In this document: one piece after another, positions 11,416-25,795 of the stretch | Numbering within the stretch: the stretch's first letter is position 1 | Layout of the letters: each line of letters opens with the position of its first letter | DNA from: Lytechinus pictus | Taxonomy: Eukaryota | Reading direction: 5' to 3' | Length of the DNA stretch: 64,000 nucleotides | Assembly (NCBI RefSeq): GCF_037042905.1 | Contig: NC_087251.1 | Coordinates: forward strand, 33,916,001-33,980,000 | Notes under the pieces: model-generated | The model's input: the letters and a program-made list of their open reading frames with translations, nothing else | The model's database searches: none | Told to the model about the DNA's origin: nothing | Translations under genes and position numbers: made by a program

Positions 11416-14400
11416 AATTGTTTTAGTATGTCATTCCATTAAGTTGATAATTTTCATTTAGTAGGGGTGTCTGTTTATGTTCACGATAAATACCTTCCGA
11501 AATATGATGGTTAAGGTTGTTAAGTTTTATCTATTGGTGACACGACATTTGCTCCGGCGACAATTGCTCTGGAATTTACTGCAGTAGGGTTTTATATTAA
11601 GTTTATAATATGGTGTAGTGTTAAAAAGAGGGGTGAAGTTGGTCGTTCCATTAATGTGTTGAATTTACAGCGGAGTAAATGTCATGGAACTGGTGTTTAT
11701 CTGGAGCTGTCTTGGAAGACATATGCAACCATATAAGTTCAATTGCCACGAAAAACAAAGAGAAAACGAAAGAAAGAAATAGGAATAATTCAACGACTTA
11801 CTATATATATATTATGGCTAAAGATAAAAAATGGCGCTTTTATGCAGCATCTTGTAAGGTTTTTTCTTCTTCTTTAGGTTCGAAGCCTTTGGTTTCTTTA
11901 GGCTTATTGGTCGCCTTCTTGGGTATGGACTTCTTGACGGGGACTTCCTTTCTTTAACATGCTGAAGGGAATTTCTGGAGCTCCTTTGTAAAGACGGGGG
12001 GGGGGGGGGTGGTTGATCAACTAAAGACACAAACAGACCTTGTTTGTAAGATTATGGAAAATTAAATGTGGAGATAAAATCTATACATAGCCCAGAGGCA
12101 ATCTAAGGTTTCATCAATGCCTATTTTGTTTTTAAAGTAGCTCGAGGGTTTTAATTTATGTTTTTATAATCAGCCTTTATAATTAACTGACATCTCAAAA
12201 GGTTTCATCCACTCAAGGCTGGAATCACAACATAACATCTGAACAAAGGGGCGGTTGAATGCATAAAGTAATGCAAAATCAATTGCAAATATGTATTCCT
12301 TTATTGATAAATAAATTTTTGTCAGTCGATTTATACTTGTATTCTGTGCTGCGAAAAAAAGAGTAGACATTACAATTTTTCAAGATCAATTTCCAATTTC
12401 CTATTTCAATGACCAATTTCCAATTCAAATGTCCAATGGCCACTTGGTGTTGGTTTCTACTTTCCAACATTGATTTACAAGACTATGATTGCAGTTCCCA
12501 AGCTCGGATCCGAGGAGGAAGAGGGGGTGGGGCGCATCCCGTAACCCCCCCCTCCAAAAAAGGTTAATAATTTCATCCTAAGACCAAATGTCCTTTATTT
12601 GTGAGTGATCATTTTTGTTTGTCTGTCAAATTTGTGGGACAAGATGCACGGCTGGTAAAACCCCTTGACAATAACTGGTCATGGATATTGATGATTGCTT
12701 TCTGAAACTTCAATGGGTTAAATTGGAAAGTGTGATTTGCATATTTACAAAAGAGTATTTTATTGGGAATAATAATATTAAATAAAAGTTTTGCAGTCAT
12801 TCGAGAATGTTCGTATATCGATTCCCGGTATATTCAGGCTAGTGAGTCGTATATATATTTCAAGACAGAGCGTCAAAAAATGGGTTAAGTCTTTGACCAA
12901 ATATCCAGGTTCTTACAATATTAAGTAAATGCTATTGTATGTTTCTGTCTTATTATTGTTGTAACCTCTTCTTCAACCCGTTTCTTCATCCTTCTTTTTC
13001 TCTCTCCATCTCCTCCTTCTCATTCATTTTCTTTTTCATAATCATGATTATCTTATTCATCATCTTCTTCATCATCATCCTGATTATTATAACTGATTTC
13101 TTGTTATTTATTTTATTGTCATTATACCCTGAAACAATTTCTACAGAGAAAATTTATTACTGGAATTATTTCTATTTTTCGGCCGCATGAAAATAAATCA
13201 TTATTGCTTCTGGATATTTCGTAATTTATAGCTATTTCATTTTTTTACCTGACTTATGAAGATACCTTTTCCTTTTTTTTTTCTTAATGTGCTAGGGCCG
13301 CCCTCGCCATCCTGTACGTAAGTGTGAAATCCCTTGAAAATACAAATTAGATCACAACTCGAACAAAGCCATCAGAAAAACAAGAAATGTAGCATACAAT
13401 CGGGAACAATAGTGGTGTTCTATAATGATAACAGCTTTTCTAATTATAGCGTCTGTCTAATTAGTGGATCTTCGAAAGTATAGATATTGCCCTTGAGTCA
13501 CATGCTATGTGTATTGTTACTGTTATGATTGACATCTATTCTAGTTATTAGTAGCAGAAGATCTAGGTCGAGAAGTCAACAGGCTTAAAGGCCACGAGAA
13601 TGGTGGTATACATTCTCAGTAACGTAATGAGCAAAATATTTAGAGGAGTCAGACATGGCAAAAGGAAGCAAGTGACACATCAGTCAAATTTGAGTTATTG
13701 TTGTTTCGGAAACACCCGGTAAGTTGCACGTTCAGGCAATATTTGGGGAAGAAATTATCGTTCTGTATGGAAAGATATTGAAGAAAATAATGCTGTTAAA
13801 TTGCATTGACGCCTAGTGAATGAAACACACATTGCTCATTTACAACAAATGATACTTTTGTAACTTGCTTCCTTTTGCCAAAGTCTACAAGAGCCTCTTT
13901 AAAAAGAAATCAGCAAGTATATTATAGCTCAGTAAGTAAGACATTGTGGTATAACTCGATCATATTTTCCTTTTCACTCTATATAACATTCCAAAATAAT
14001 TTATTATATGTTATACACTCTGCATCCTTTCTTTCTTTTCTCACAATTCTACCAGTATGATTATCTGTATTTCATTGATTAATTATCAAATGATGGGATT
14101 GCAAATCTTTAGCTTTAAAGACAACCAGATTTTTAACTCTTATTGCAAATTTGTTATTATAACAATTATTCTGAAACGGGCCCCCAAATTTCTTTACTGA
14201 CCTTCATGTGGATTAAGGGAATGCAATCTATAACAAGAAAAGTTTTGCAATTGAAGGTATTTTTCTTGTGAAAAAAAATAAGTACGTAAATATGTATTTT
14301 AGGAATGAAAAAACAATGACGCGGCGTTGATGCTACCCCCCACTGCAAATAATAATTAAAAAAAATCATGTTACTTTGTTATTTACAATATATATCAAAC

Positions 14401-15037
14401 TGATGCTACAAAGGGTTAAAATGATGAGAATTGAATATGTGCACCTTTATGTCAAATTAATATTTTGATAGCCAAGCTTGTTTGCCTTACTTTGATGTTT
14501 TGCTAGTGTATCGTGAATATTTTATAGACAGGATGTGCAATATGACGTGTGTTATGTAATACACTTTTATTTGTTTTATTTAGTTAGTTAGTTTTCATGA
14601 TATATTCACGTATATTTGGTATTTTTCATATGGAGACGGAAAAGGTTGAGAAAAAAAACCGAGTGTATAATGTTTTGAAATACACTGCATGGATTAAAGA
14701 TGTGATATGACACTACACACAGTTTTCCTATTTCTTTTTGTGATGTGAGGAGAAAAGTGAATTGAATATTAGGAGAGGAGTAATGAGAGCAGGGGCGGGG
14801 CCAGAGTAGTTTGATATAGGAGGGTGGGTTGGGCAAGATGACCTTATCTTAAGGTACTTTAAAAAAAATGGACATACATGGGGATGTGGCAGGTAAACAT
14901 TCATTTCACGGTTTATTTATTTCCAGTAAAACAATCATACACATACTGCAGCTAATTACAAGTTGAAATGTGTGCATTTACAGAGGTGTAGACATTTCAC
15001 AACACATGCAGTATAAAATATTAATGTATGCCTAATA

Positions 15038-17073
15038 GGGCGATTCCACACTAGAACTTCAAAAATATCATAATATAGTTTTTTGGGGGGAAACAATGGA
15101 ATTTTCAATTTTCAATAATTTTGTTGATTAAATAGTCAAGTACAAACACTGCCTGAAACCATTATTGGCATAGAACGAGAAGATTGAAAATATTACAGGT
15201 CAATGGAATAATGTATCATTGATGGTTCCAAATAATATCTACAACATTTTCATGATCCATAATAGGGGCAGCCCTGATTTTTCCGAATATATTTTTGGCA
15301 ATGTCCCTTACGACACATGAAAATGCAAAAGTTTTTCCTACACTTTTATTTTTGATGATACAATCTTATACAATATCAGTTTTTCTATCTTTGACCCGTG
15401 GGTGACCGATTTATCCTATAAAGATCTAATTATTGCCCTTCATTTTTCAATAATTCTCCTACTAAAATTTGTCCCGTACGACACACAATATATACTGCAT
15501 TTCATTGCAGGATTTGGCTTCAGAAACTATAAACAGTAGGCCTATTTTAACATGTTTAATGTAAGTAATTGATTTTACATTAAGTGAACTGAATAGGTAT
15601 TTTTTTATCTCCATGAACATGAAATAGGTGATTCTAACCATTTTAATTGACTTCATAGGCCTATTCTTTTGTGAATCCCTTCAGCTAAACTGGTGATTTT
15701 CACTGGTTAGAGCTGGTTAATTTCTTTGTCATTGAGCATGAAAAGAAAACCTTTATAATTAATTCACCACACATGTAGCATGGAAGATGATTTCCTCTTG
15801 CATGCTATTGTGAAATTATTATAGGGTGTAAAAATATATATATTTACATATCAATCATCTATTTGGACCTCCCTTCAATGATCAATAATTTTTTTGTATG
15901 CATTATTGAAACTCCTTACTTTTCTTAAGTTGTTCAAAAAAAATCTGGATAATAAGACAAACCATATGGTTTCATGAAATGCAGAAAAGTTAAAAAAAGT
16001 AAAATCGCATTTCTTTAGAAAAAAAAAACATTTTGTGGAAATACAAATGTGACAGTTGTGACATATATCATGTACATAATTTTATATGAAGATCCTAACA
16101 TTTTAGCCCCATAATTTACACAAACACAGTTTAAATAGTGTATTGAAAATCATCACTTTATTCACTAAATTATAACTTCAAACAAAATTTCAATTTGTTT
16201 TAGCTCTTTAAAATGCTGTGAACCATTGTACATTTCCCATCATGAAAAATTGATGATATATTGCTCCAAATTGTATATATAACGGATAGAATGAGGTTAT
16301 ACTTAATTATATTGTCCTGAATGACTACTTAAGGCTTTTCATTAAAACTGAAGAATTGAGGGGCAATGCTCCCTTTCTGATTGATAAAAAGTGCATTATT
16401 GTTTTATACAGGCTGTCCATACAACACGCAAGTGCCTTTTCAACACACAGGTGTCCCGTACGACACACGTACAAGTGTTCCGTACGACACAGTATTTTGT
16501 TTATGATATATTGACAGAAATATTCAGCCAATAGCGGTTTCTAACATCATGAATGTCTTTACTTTGATAGGATAATCATTATCATCAGCCAAATAAAATG
16601 ACTGAAGAAGTCAAAGAGACATAAAGTAAAAGAGTTTGGCTTGAATTTAGAGATGTCCCGCATACGACACGCTTTGAGTGTCCCGTACGCCACAATGTTC
16701 TCGAAAATTTTAATTTGCTTTATTTATTCATAAATGTTTATTCTGCTTGTTTTCATATATGTATTTGTTCTTGGGTAATTGAATATCAATTTGATTTCAG
16801 TTTTTATGAAAATCATCTGTCCAACTCACAGACTTTAGAGTACAAACTTGAAGTTTCCAAAAAAGCCACTTTTTTGTGTCCTGTACGACACATTACTATT
16901 TTAAATCTGTATCATACAGCATGTGAATTCAAGTCATGTTAAATCTTGGTTTTCCTTACACTCTGGTAGTACTTGATGATCACCTTTAGTCACTGGAATA
17001 TTGTTTAGTTTTTCTTGTCTAAAAAATGTCAAATGTTCTCTAAATGTCCCATACGACACGTATGGAATCACCC
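15038..17073. mobile_element. ~2-kb non-autonomous DNA transposon, Sola2-like, with AATA target-site duplication
   Basis: TIRs GGGCGATTCCAC / TATGGAATCACCC; AATA immediately outside both ends (15034-15037, 17074-17077); eight internal TGTCCCGTACGACAC-like motifs; no long ORF. Superfamily inferred from the GRG...CYC termini and 4-bp TSD. Confidence 0.65.
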
Positions 17074-20000
17074 AATAATGATAAAACTAATGGTACGACC
17101 AAGATCTTTCGTTTTGATAGCCTTTTAATGGTTTTTCCCCTTAATTCTCTCTGTCTCTCTTTTATTTATTGTTATTATTTAAAAAAATAAATTTCCCTCT
17201 TTTTCCTCATCTTTTACCCCGGCTTCTTGTAATTTCATGGGAGACTAAAATCTAAAAAGCCCCTTGCCCCTGAATGTGAAACAGAAAAAAAAAGACAAGG
17301 AATATTTTGGAGAGGGGATATGTTGAAGGATAGAAGGAGCGAAAATGAAGAGGAGGAGGCGGAGAGAAAGAGAGAGAATATTTGATGTTATACCTAAATA
17401 TAGGAGAAAGGAAGAAAGAGATAAAATGTTATTTATTATCTTTTTTCATGATTACATCAAGTTGATATTCTCAGACACTGCAGGTAAAACATTGATATGC
17501 ACCCAGCCATGCATGCCTTCCACGGACGCAGCGTGAACTCTACAAAAAGATGGGTAATTTTTCTTTTATTTAAGGTTGGGGCACCATATATCCTCATCCT
17601 GTGGCATGCATGGGGGATGGTGGGCCGCTTCGTATCACATTTCATACGATCACTATTAATTACTACCACGGATGACTCAGAGGGGACATACGTCACTCTC
17701 CTCGTCATTTTTTTTTTCTGAGTAATCTGTATTGGGTTATCTAGGCATGGAGCGTATAATCATTTTTTTACGGATTAAAAAAAAAAGTATAGATTTTTTT
17801 TTTTGTGGGTTGTTCATGTAGGCATGTATAGAATCGATGATGGAAAATATAATGTCCCCTATTTTCGCGCTCTGTTGGTCTTAGAACAACGTCGTCGAGG
17901 GGCAGACATTCTGAATGTAAAATGATAATAATAACCGGGGCAGAAAATAACACATCGGGATATAAATGTACTATTATAATCTCCACTCTCTCTTCCTTTC
18001 ATTAATTACATTTTCTCTTGTAACTATGTTTTGCAGAGTTTCTTTTCCACTATGCAAAATGAAATAAACTTGTATATTTCTCAGAAAAAAAAATCTATCG
18101 ACACATACAAGCGTACATGGACAGTATTTAGGCCTATATATACGAAGTTATTGTTCATTTGTAACATCTGACTATAATAGAAATGAGTGACCAAGCGTAA
18201 GCTGATTGCTGTGATGACACACAGATGTATGCAGCCAAGGGAAGCGGCGAAACATCTGTCTGGATATGACAAGTCGTATAATGATTCAATAAGGAGCGAT
18301 TTACACAGTCCTGCTGAAGAAAATGAAACGAGGGGAAGACTTGGCAAATAGCAAACCTTTCAGATCACTATCTCAAAATAAGAAATCCGCTCGCGCTTCG
18401 CACTCTCATTGCACGCTTAATGAAATAAAATAGATATCATATTCATAAGGATTACATGGCGTTTAAATATGTCTCGTTCACGCTTCGCACTTTCATTACT
18501 TTGTTTTTCAGGAAAGGGGTTATACATTATGTACATGAATACAAAAAAAGTTGCAGAACCAGAAGAGGGCATTAGGAGTACAAATAAGGAGAAAGGAGAC
18601 TAATAACGAGGTAAAATATTGGAAGGGAAAATTATTATCTTGAAATAGATAGAAAAGGAGAAATGAAATGAAAATGAATAACGTCAGATTTTCAGAATCG
18701 AATTAGATACTTTACAAGGTTCAAATCTTCAGTAGATAGCAAAAGCAATAATACTAATTAGAACGATAAAGGGTGACTATGAAACGAACATCTGCCATGA
18801 ATTGGGGCACTTTTGAAGTGCTTGACAAAAGTACCACACTGTCACTGTGTCCCTTGCCACCCCCCCCCCCTAACCCCTGTCTGATGAAAACCCTGAATAT
18901 GTCACTACTTGAAAACGGCTTATCAAAGGTAATAATTTCCAGATATCTCACATTGGAAACTTCTCAAGAGGTGTCAAACCAGCCAGCCTTCTCGATATAG
19001 TCAGTTGAATTACATGGACTAACGATTTCATATTTTTATGACGATATACAAAGAAAAAAGATAACCATTGTCACTGCTGTTATCTCTACACCGATTTGGT
19101 GAAATTCTCAGCATTTTGGCCGTTTTATTATACTTTCACTCAATTGGTTGAAATATTTGGCTAGAAAGCACAATCAATCATAACTCCAAAAGTTTATGAG
19201 AAAAGTGCGTTGTTAATCGTTCCGAGAAAAATCGCTTCAAATAGTGTGATCACGATATATCAAACCGTCATATCGTCTGAAAATTTATACAATCTGGCAA
19301 GTAAACTTGTTATATTCATTTCGATAATCAGGCTATTATTTCACATGGTATAGTCTGACAGTGAAATGTGTGATGTCATTGTATACAGCCTTCATATGCG
19401 TACCCAAAGTGTTTTCAATGGAAATTATTTTCACGCAAAGTTTATATGATATATATAATGACAATGTTTTCGATAAGAAGACTGTTGCGACTCAAAGGGG
19501 TAACATGAGTCAGCGATGAATAACATATAGCCTACTTATCAGCAAATATGCCATCCAATCATTTAAATCTGCAATAATAATTATTACAATATTTTCCCCA
19601 TCATTAATCAAGCCATAATGACCTAGTTTGTATGAGTTTTAGAAGAAGGCTTTCATTTGTTTGGGGGTAGATAGGCCTAATTGCAGTGTTTACCCGGAAA
19701 ACAAATCGCCCTGGTTTCTAATTCTAATCAATCTTATCTCAGTATTGTTAAAGATTTTTTTTTGTACAGAAAGGTTACGCTCATTAATAAGTTTCACAAA
19801 GAGCAAGATTTGCAATGGGAATGACAATAAAGTTAAATTTTTATTCTCCCTGATACATTTCATAATTGTATTACATTTAAAATAAATATGAATATAAACA
19901 TAAATGAGGCACTGATTTCCAAGATACACAAGCATTCCAATAAAGTATAACAAACCTCTTTCCGACGGAAACATATCGTGTCATTCCCTTGTAAAACATG

Positions 20001-20115
20001 AAAAAGATAATGAAATCAAAGGTAAATGTGGATCAAGAGGGATTGGCGTTTATAAATGCTCTGTTAATCTAATATAAACTTGTGAAGAAAGACAAAAGTG
20101 ATACATACATTAAGA

Positions 20116-20957
20116 CAAGTGGAACGCCTCTGGCAGTCTCGCCTGCATTACGCGATTTAATATAGCAGCAGTGCTAACTTTGAAAACTACTATAAAATAA
20201 TCATTCACAAAAGCACCATTTATATAATGACATAATACCACGTTCATTGACCATAAATGACATTTGAACGGTGACTTAAGACTTGTCAACTACACCCATG
20301 TCCACATTTCATTCATTCTATCCATAAACTTTCAAAGTTATGATGGCAATTCAACAATTACCCCAACATGGCCTAAGTTTATTGACCTTAACTGACCTTT
20401 GTTTTGTGACCTGAAACTCACAGGGGATGGTCAGTGATACTTGATTACTCTTATATCCCAAGTTTTATGAACTAGATCCATAAACTTTCAGAGTTAGGAT
20501 GGTAATTCAACAAATACCCCCAACACGGCCAAAGTTCATTGACCTTTAATGACCTTTGACCATGGTCATGTGACCTGAAACTCGTACAGGATGTTCAGTG
20601 ATACTTGATTACTCTTATGTCCATGTTTTATGAACTAGATCCATAAACTTTCTAAGTTATGATGTCATTTCAAAAACTTAACCTTCGGTTAAGATTTTGA
20701 AAATAATTCTCCCAACATGGTCTAAGTTCATTGACCCTAAATGACCTTTGACCTTGGTCATGTGACCTGAGACTCATGCAGGATGTTCAGTAATACTTGA
20801 TTAACCTTATGTCCAAGTTTCATGAACTAGGTCCATATACTTTCTAAGTTATGATGTCATTTCAAAAACTTAACCTTAGGTTAAGATTTGATGTTGACGC
20901 CGCCGCCGCCGTCGGAAAAGCGGCGCCTATAGTCTCGCTTTGCTATGCAGGCGAGAC
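20116..20957 (-). mobile_element. Helentron-associated non-autonomous element (HINE/DINE-1-like), family A, copy 1
   Basis: Sub-terminal inverted repeats GTCTCGCCTGCAT/ATGCAGGCGAGAC, terminal hairpin, (GCC)n microsatellite, internal ~155-165 bp TGACCTTTGACC tandem units, A/T-run insertion site. Confidence 0.75.
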
Positions 20958-21376
20958 AAAAAAAAAATTATCACATCAAACATTTGTGTTTACAAAGTAA
21001 TATATAATGTTCTCATCATAATACATGAACACCATTTCACACAACTGTCAATTCTTTTTCCCGCAAATATAGAACTTCACATCTCACACACATTACCATG
21101 CACAGTTTATACCTTGATGTGTGTAACAAACACACCATTCTTAATTATGCAATATTATGACACACTAAATTCAGTAAATGACATTGTTGAGAAAACGTGT
21201 AAAATGACATCACAAGAAAAGATACACAATCAAAATATTTTTTTCTTATTGAAAGATATTTAATATGTCAACAGACAAATATAAGCGAAGAGCATGAATG
21301 AATGTGTGACATAAACCTTTGACTAAGCATGGTACCTTCTAGCTGTCTTGTACCTTTTTATGGTATTTCCCAATCG

Positions 21377-21758
21377 GTCTACAACACCTACTTTCAAGGC
21401 AGTCTCATTCCACAGGGTTTAATCCTACTTCATCTACTAACTATTTGGTCTAAAATTGATTTAGCCAATTACAATAATTTTCAGTTAGGCTATACCCATT
21501 TAGTCTAATTTTTACTTGGTCTAACAACACTTCATCTACATGGTTAAATGAATTGCAAATGAACTAAATTTTCATTTAACAATAAGTATACGAAGTGCAT
21601 ATCAGACCAACTGGACATTAGACTAACTGCAAATTAGACTAAGTGGGTATTAGACCAAGTGAGTATAGAAATCGATACAAGACCAAATGGGAATAGCCCA
21701 TGTGATATTAGACTATTTGTGAGGTAGACCAACTGCTTTAAGGCTAATTGAACAAACC
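21377..21758. mobile_element. Foldback-type MITE with short subterminal GTCTAA/TTAGAC repeats
   Basis: The left half is rich in (G)GTCTA(A) motifs and the right half in TTAGAC(C/T)AA motifs, in inverted orientation. Confidence 0.5.
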
Positions 21759-22378
21759 TTAGATGGATTGGCCAAGGTTTACATGGTAGAGCCAAGTCCT
21801 TGTCTTAATTTCTATCACTACTTTAATTATTGCACTAAAGTTGGTCTCCTGTAACAAACAAAAAAGATTAATAAAAATACAAAAATGTTTGTACATAGAA
21901 GTTAAGGCATTAATTTATCTTTCTGCACTTACATGTACATTGAAAAAATTATTTGCAATCACTTTTTTTTATTCTTGAAGTAGTTGATGTCATGAAAATA
22001 ATTCAATACCATTATTGGAATAAATATAAGTAAAATGCAGAAGGCCTTCTCATTTATTATTAAATAATATTGATGTATTAAAGATTGAAATACATATATG
22101 TAATACAAAACAGCAAAACCTTTGGTATCAAAATATGAATGATCATACAACAAGTTATCAGCAAATCAAATAGCTCCTCCAAAGCACACCAATCAAGGAA
22201 ATTCTTAGTCTACTTGAACAGACTTCATGTGACAACAGGACTGGGGACTGTAACATTGAAGTTACCCATTAATTAGCTTATATTCAGTCACAACTCACAG
22301 GTAAAACCATGAATTTCCTTGAAAATGCCATCTGGATGACAACCCCATGTCTATGAAACAATACTCCAATTTTATTAA

Positions 22379-22972
22379 AGGTCAAGTCCACCTCAGAAAA
22401 ATGTTGATTTGAATCAATATAGAAAAATCAGACAAGCATAATGCTGAAAATTTGATCAAAATCGGATGTAAAATAAGAAAGTCATGACATTTTAAAGTTT
22501 CGCTTATTTTTCACAAAATAGTTATATTCACAATTTAGTCACATGCAAATGAGAGAATCGATGATGTCCCTCACTCACTATTTCTTTTGTTTTTTATTGT
22601 TTGAATTATACAATATTTCAATTTTTACAGATTTGACAATAAGGTCCAACTTGACTGAACCATAAAATGTTAAAACAATGGTAATTCCACATGTTCAGGA
22701 GATATAAACTTTTTTTCACAGGACAATGAGGAGAAAATTAGAATATTTCATATAATAAAATCAAAAGAAATAGTGAGTGAGTGATGTCATCAGTTCCCTC
22801 ATTTGCATACCGACTGGGATGTGCAAATGACTGTTTTGTAAAATTAAGCGACATTGAAAAATGTCATAACATTCTTATTGCACATCCGATTTGATGAAAT
22901 TTTCAGTGTTACGTTTGTTGGATTTTTTTTCTTTTTATTCAAATCAATTTTTTGTTGGGGTGGACTTGTCCT
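22379..22972. mobile_element. Kolobok-like MITE (TTAA site, AGG...CCT termini, long imperfect TIRs)
   Basis: TTAA|AGGTCAAGTCCACC ... GGTGGACTTGTCCT; internal arms CTCACTCACTATTTCTTTTG / CAAAAGAAATAGTGAGTGAG; right TSD degenerate. Confidence 0.7.
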
Positions 22973-23065
22973 TAGCTTCTTCCTTCAGCTTGCACCAAAG
23001 TGGGGGGAAAACACAATATAACAGTATAACATACTAATGGTCATAGGGAGTTACAGGTACATGTA

Positions 23066-23522
23066 GGACAGTGGTGTAATGAATAGAATAATATTGACTG
23101 AGGGGGCACAACATTGCATGAGGTTGGGTGACTATTTCTAATTATGTCGCAAGAGAGCAAAAATAATAAGTTTTTCTTAATGAAACTCTAATTTCATCAA
23201 AGATAAATTTGATTTTATGATTTCAACGTATCCAGAGTATGATTAATATTTAACCCTTTTCCATTTCATAACTTCCTGGTAGGACAGTGACGTAATGAAT
23301 CAAATATCTTTTGGGGGGGGCACAACATGGCATATGTGGTTGGGTGACAATTTCTAATCATGTCGCAAGTGAGCAAAAATAATTCAAAATTTAATTTTTA
23401 TTCAAAAATAAGTTTTTCAAAATGAAACTCTAATTTTATCGAAGATAAAAAATTTGATTTTGTGATTTCAATGTAACCGAGTATGATTAATATTCAACCC
23501 TTTTCCATTTCATAATTTCCTG
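23066..23522 (+). repeat. Direct tandem duplication (~215/240 bp) of a repeat fragment
   Basis: AGGACAGTG(G/A)(T/C)GTAATGAAT...GGGGGCACAACAT...CCATTTCATAA(C/T)TTCCTG occurs at 23066-23280 and 23281-23522. Confidence 0.75.
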
Positions 23523-23864
23523 TTGTTGTTTTTTGTGAAGCATTGGAAAAGGGGTGCAACTGCCCCCCCCCCCCCCCCCAGTGAGCTTGAATAGATCAAT
23601 TTCTGCCTCACTGTGTCACGATTGAGAGTTCAGATATCTCCTTGGTCTGTGCAAGCATACAAGATGATTACACCTACTTTTCCCCCGTAATTCCGACAGA
23701 AGCTCATCAAGAATATCTGAGTACAACATCTGGAAAATTTCAGCTCAGCAATAGCTATGGTTTCCTCCCACTTCCATTGGATCAAGTATTATAAAGGCAT
23801 CTTCGAGCACAACTCCTTCAAAATGTCTCATTCGGTCCAGCCTTGACTGAATGTGATATGAATT

Positions 23865-25795
23865 TCAAACACTTAGACCCATCCGTTTCCTTCTTGCTTC
23901 GGTCTTCTCTTTGTTGGCTTGAAGTCGTACATGATACTGTGTTTTAATGGACAGAGAATGATGTGAAAACAGTGAACCATGTTTTCAACATTATGATGAA
24001 GATCAGCTGTGAAGTATCTGTAGCCACAAACTTGTTCGCTTAATTTTGTTTGTATTCAAAGGTTTGTTATAACATGGATTTTCTTTGCAAAATACATAAA
24101 AATATTCTTAAGTTCTAACAGATCATGCAAAATAAAAAAACTCAGAATAATCAAATCTATATAAAATGAAAACAAATATTTTAAATCTTTCATTTGACTC
24201 AAATTATTTCCCATAGTAGGCCTACATTAAAACACAAAATAAAAAGAAGATAGGCCTATAAATAGTATGTAATATGAAAATCATAACATGAAAAATAAAT
24301 ATTAAAACGTGAATGATCATCAAATTTACAAAATAATGAAAATGATGTATATCATTGAAGAAGATTGGCATTAATGATGATCAATTTCCATCATGACCAT
24401 CATGTCCATCAATAATGATGATCTTGATTACAAATGCCTTAAATATAGAATGACCACATCTAGCAGAAAAAATGACATTCTAGTGGGGAGAGAAAGAAAT
24501 AGAGGAAAAGGTAATCTGAAAGTGACCCACCTCTTTTTTAAAGCAATTGTTCATTGCTGTATTGTATTCGTCACAAGCGCCAACAAACTTTCTCATAGGG
24601 TGCTGAAAAGTGGAACACAAAATGAATTAGGGTAAAATTATCTGTTCATAAACTGCATAAATGACATGGAGCCTAACTAGCTAGATATCATCTAGATTGA
24701 AGCCTAGATTTATACTAATTAACTTAAATTGCCTAGACAGCTGAAATCTGTCTGTTGCAAAGTAGGAGCAGTTTAAAAACATTTTAAACATCAAAACATT
24801 CTAAACATTAGGAGCAGTTCAAAACATTTTAAACATTAAAACATTAGGAGCAGTTTAAAACATTTTTTAGAACTTTTCTGGGTTTTCCTGCTATGAACAC
24901 ATGGAGGATCAAATCAAGACGTAATCTAGCAAAACCGAAGAAACACTCAGAGACTGATAATGACAAATAATCTGATCAAGCCATTTAGGATTGTCTAAGT
25001 TAAGCCTTTAACAGGATTCTTTCTAGCATTGGTTTTAATAGACATATCCCAGATCCCAAGTCCAACCGGGCACAATCAATCTGGCAATCTGCCCGACCTA
25101 CTAGATTTCTACTATTTTTCACTAGTACAGACAACTTTGAAAGAATATTGTCAAACACATTTGTTAATAAACATTGTTTCTATGGCAAAATAAACTCCAG
25201 AGGCAGTTCGATCAGCGATTCAGCGTAAATTTCAAATTGATTGCAAAACATGTGGTTAACCAGGGAATTCCAAAGGCAAAGAGATTCTTGAAAATAAATG
25301 CCCCTTCCCTGCACGTCAACCAATTCAACATTTATTTCCAAAGCCCCAAAAGCCAAAGCAAAGGTAAAGGTAAAAGCATGACTGAGAATCTATTTAGTCT
25401 TTGACACATTATTGTTAACCACATTTCTCAAAATTTAAAAACTTCATTTTTTTTTATTTAGGTTTAACTAACACACAATAACATTCAAGTTAAAGTCTAT
25501 CTAACAAGGATACATTTTACAGTAAGGTTTTATCAATTTTAACCACATGGTTAAAAATACTGATAGGGTCTAACGTTACTTGGCCTCACTGTAACTGTAT
25601 TTTATGTAGTCTTCCTTGTTATTATTGTTAATCATGTTAAAATAATTATTCATTGCTCTCGCTAGCTCTAGTCTAAGTCTAACTACCGTAGTAGTAGGCC
25701 TAATAGTTATTCACCTCTTTGTGGCAGTCAAGTAGTTGTCGTATGATGGCATTACATTCATCGGAATGTAGATGTGGTGACAGATCTGGGTGCAT
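23865..25795 (-). CDS. CMC2: COX assembly mitochondrial protein 2 homolog (twin CX9C), 74 aa, 3 exons: 25795-25715, 24602-24531, 23936-23865
   Basis: Spliced translation [74 protein letters not shown]. The [11 protein letters not shown]-terminus and twin CX9C are diagnostic. GT-AG phase-0 introns. Confidence 0.95.
24762..24866 (+). repeat. Short tandem repeat (AGGAGCAGTT..AAAACATTTT), 3 copies, CMC2 intron 1
   Basis: Directly visible at 24764, 24810 and 24846. Confidence 0.7.

Noticed and set aside
15302..17059. CRISPR-like repeat-spacer array (TGTCCCGTACGACAC)
   Set aside because: Eukaryotic context, 15-bp repeats with highly irregular spacing (24 to ~980 bp), no cas genes, and enclosed by TIRs/TSD of a DNA transposon.
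17345..17721. Short ORFs and splice-like sites as an additional gene
   Set aside because: No recognisable protein similarity or consistent exon chain.
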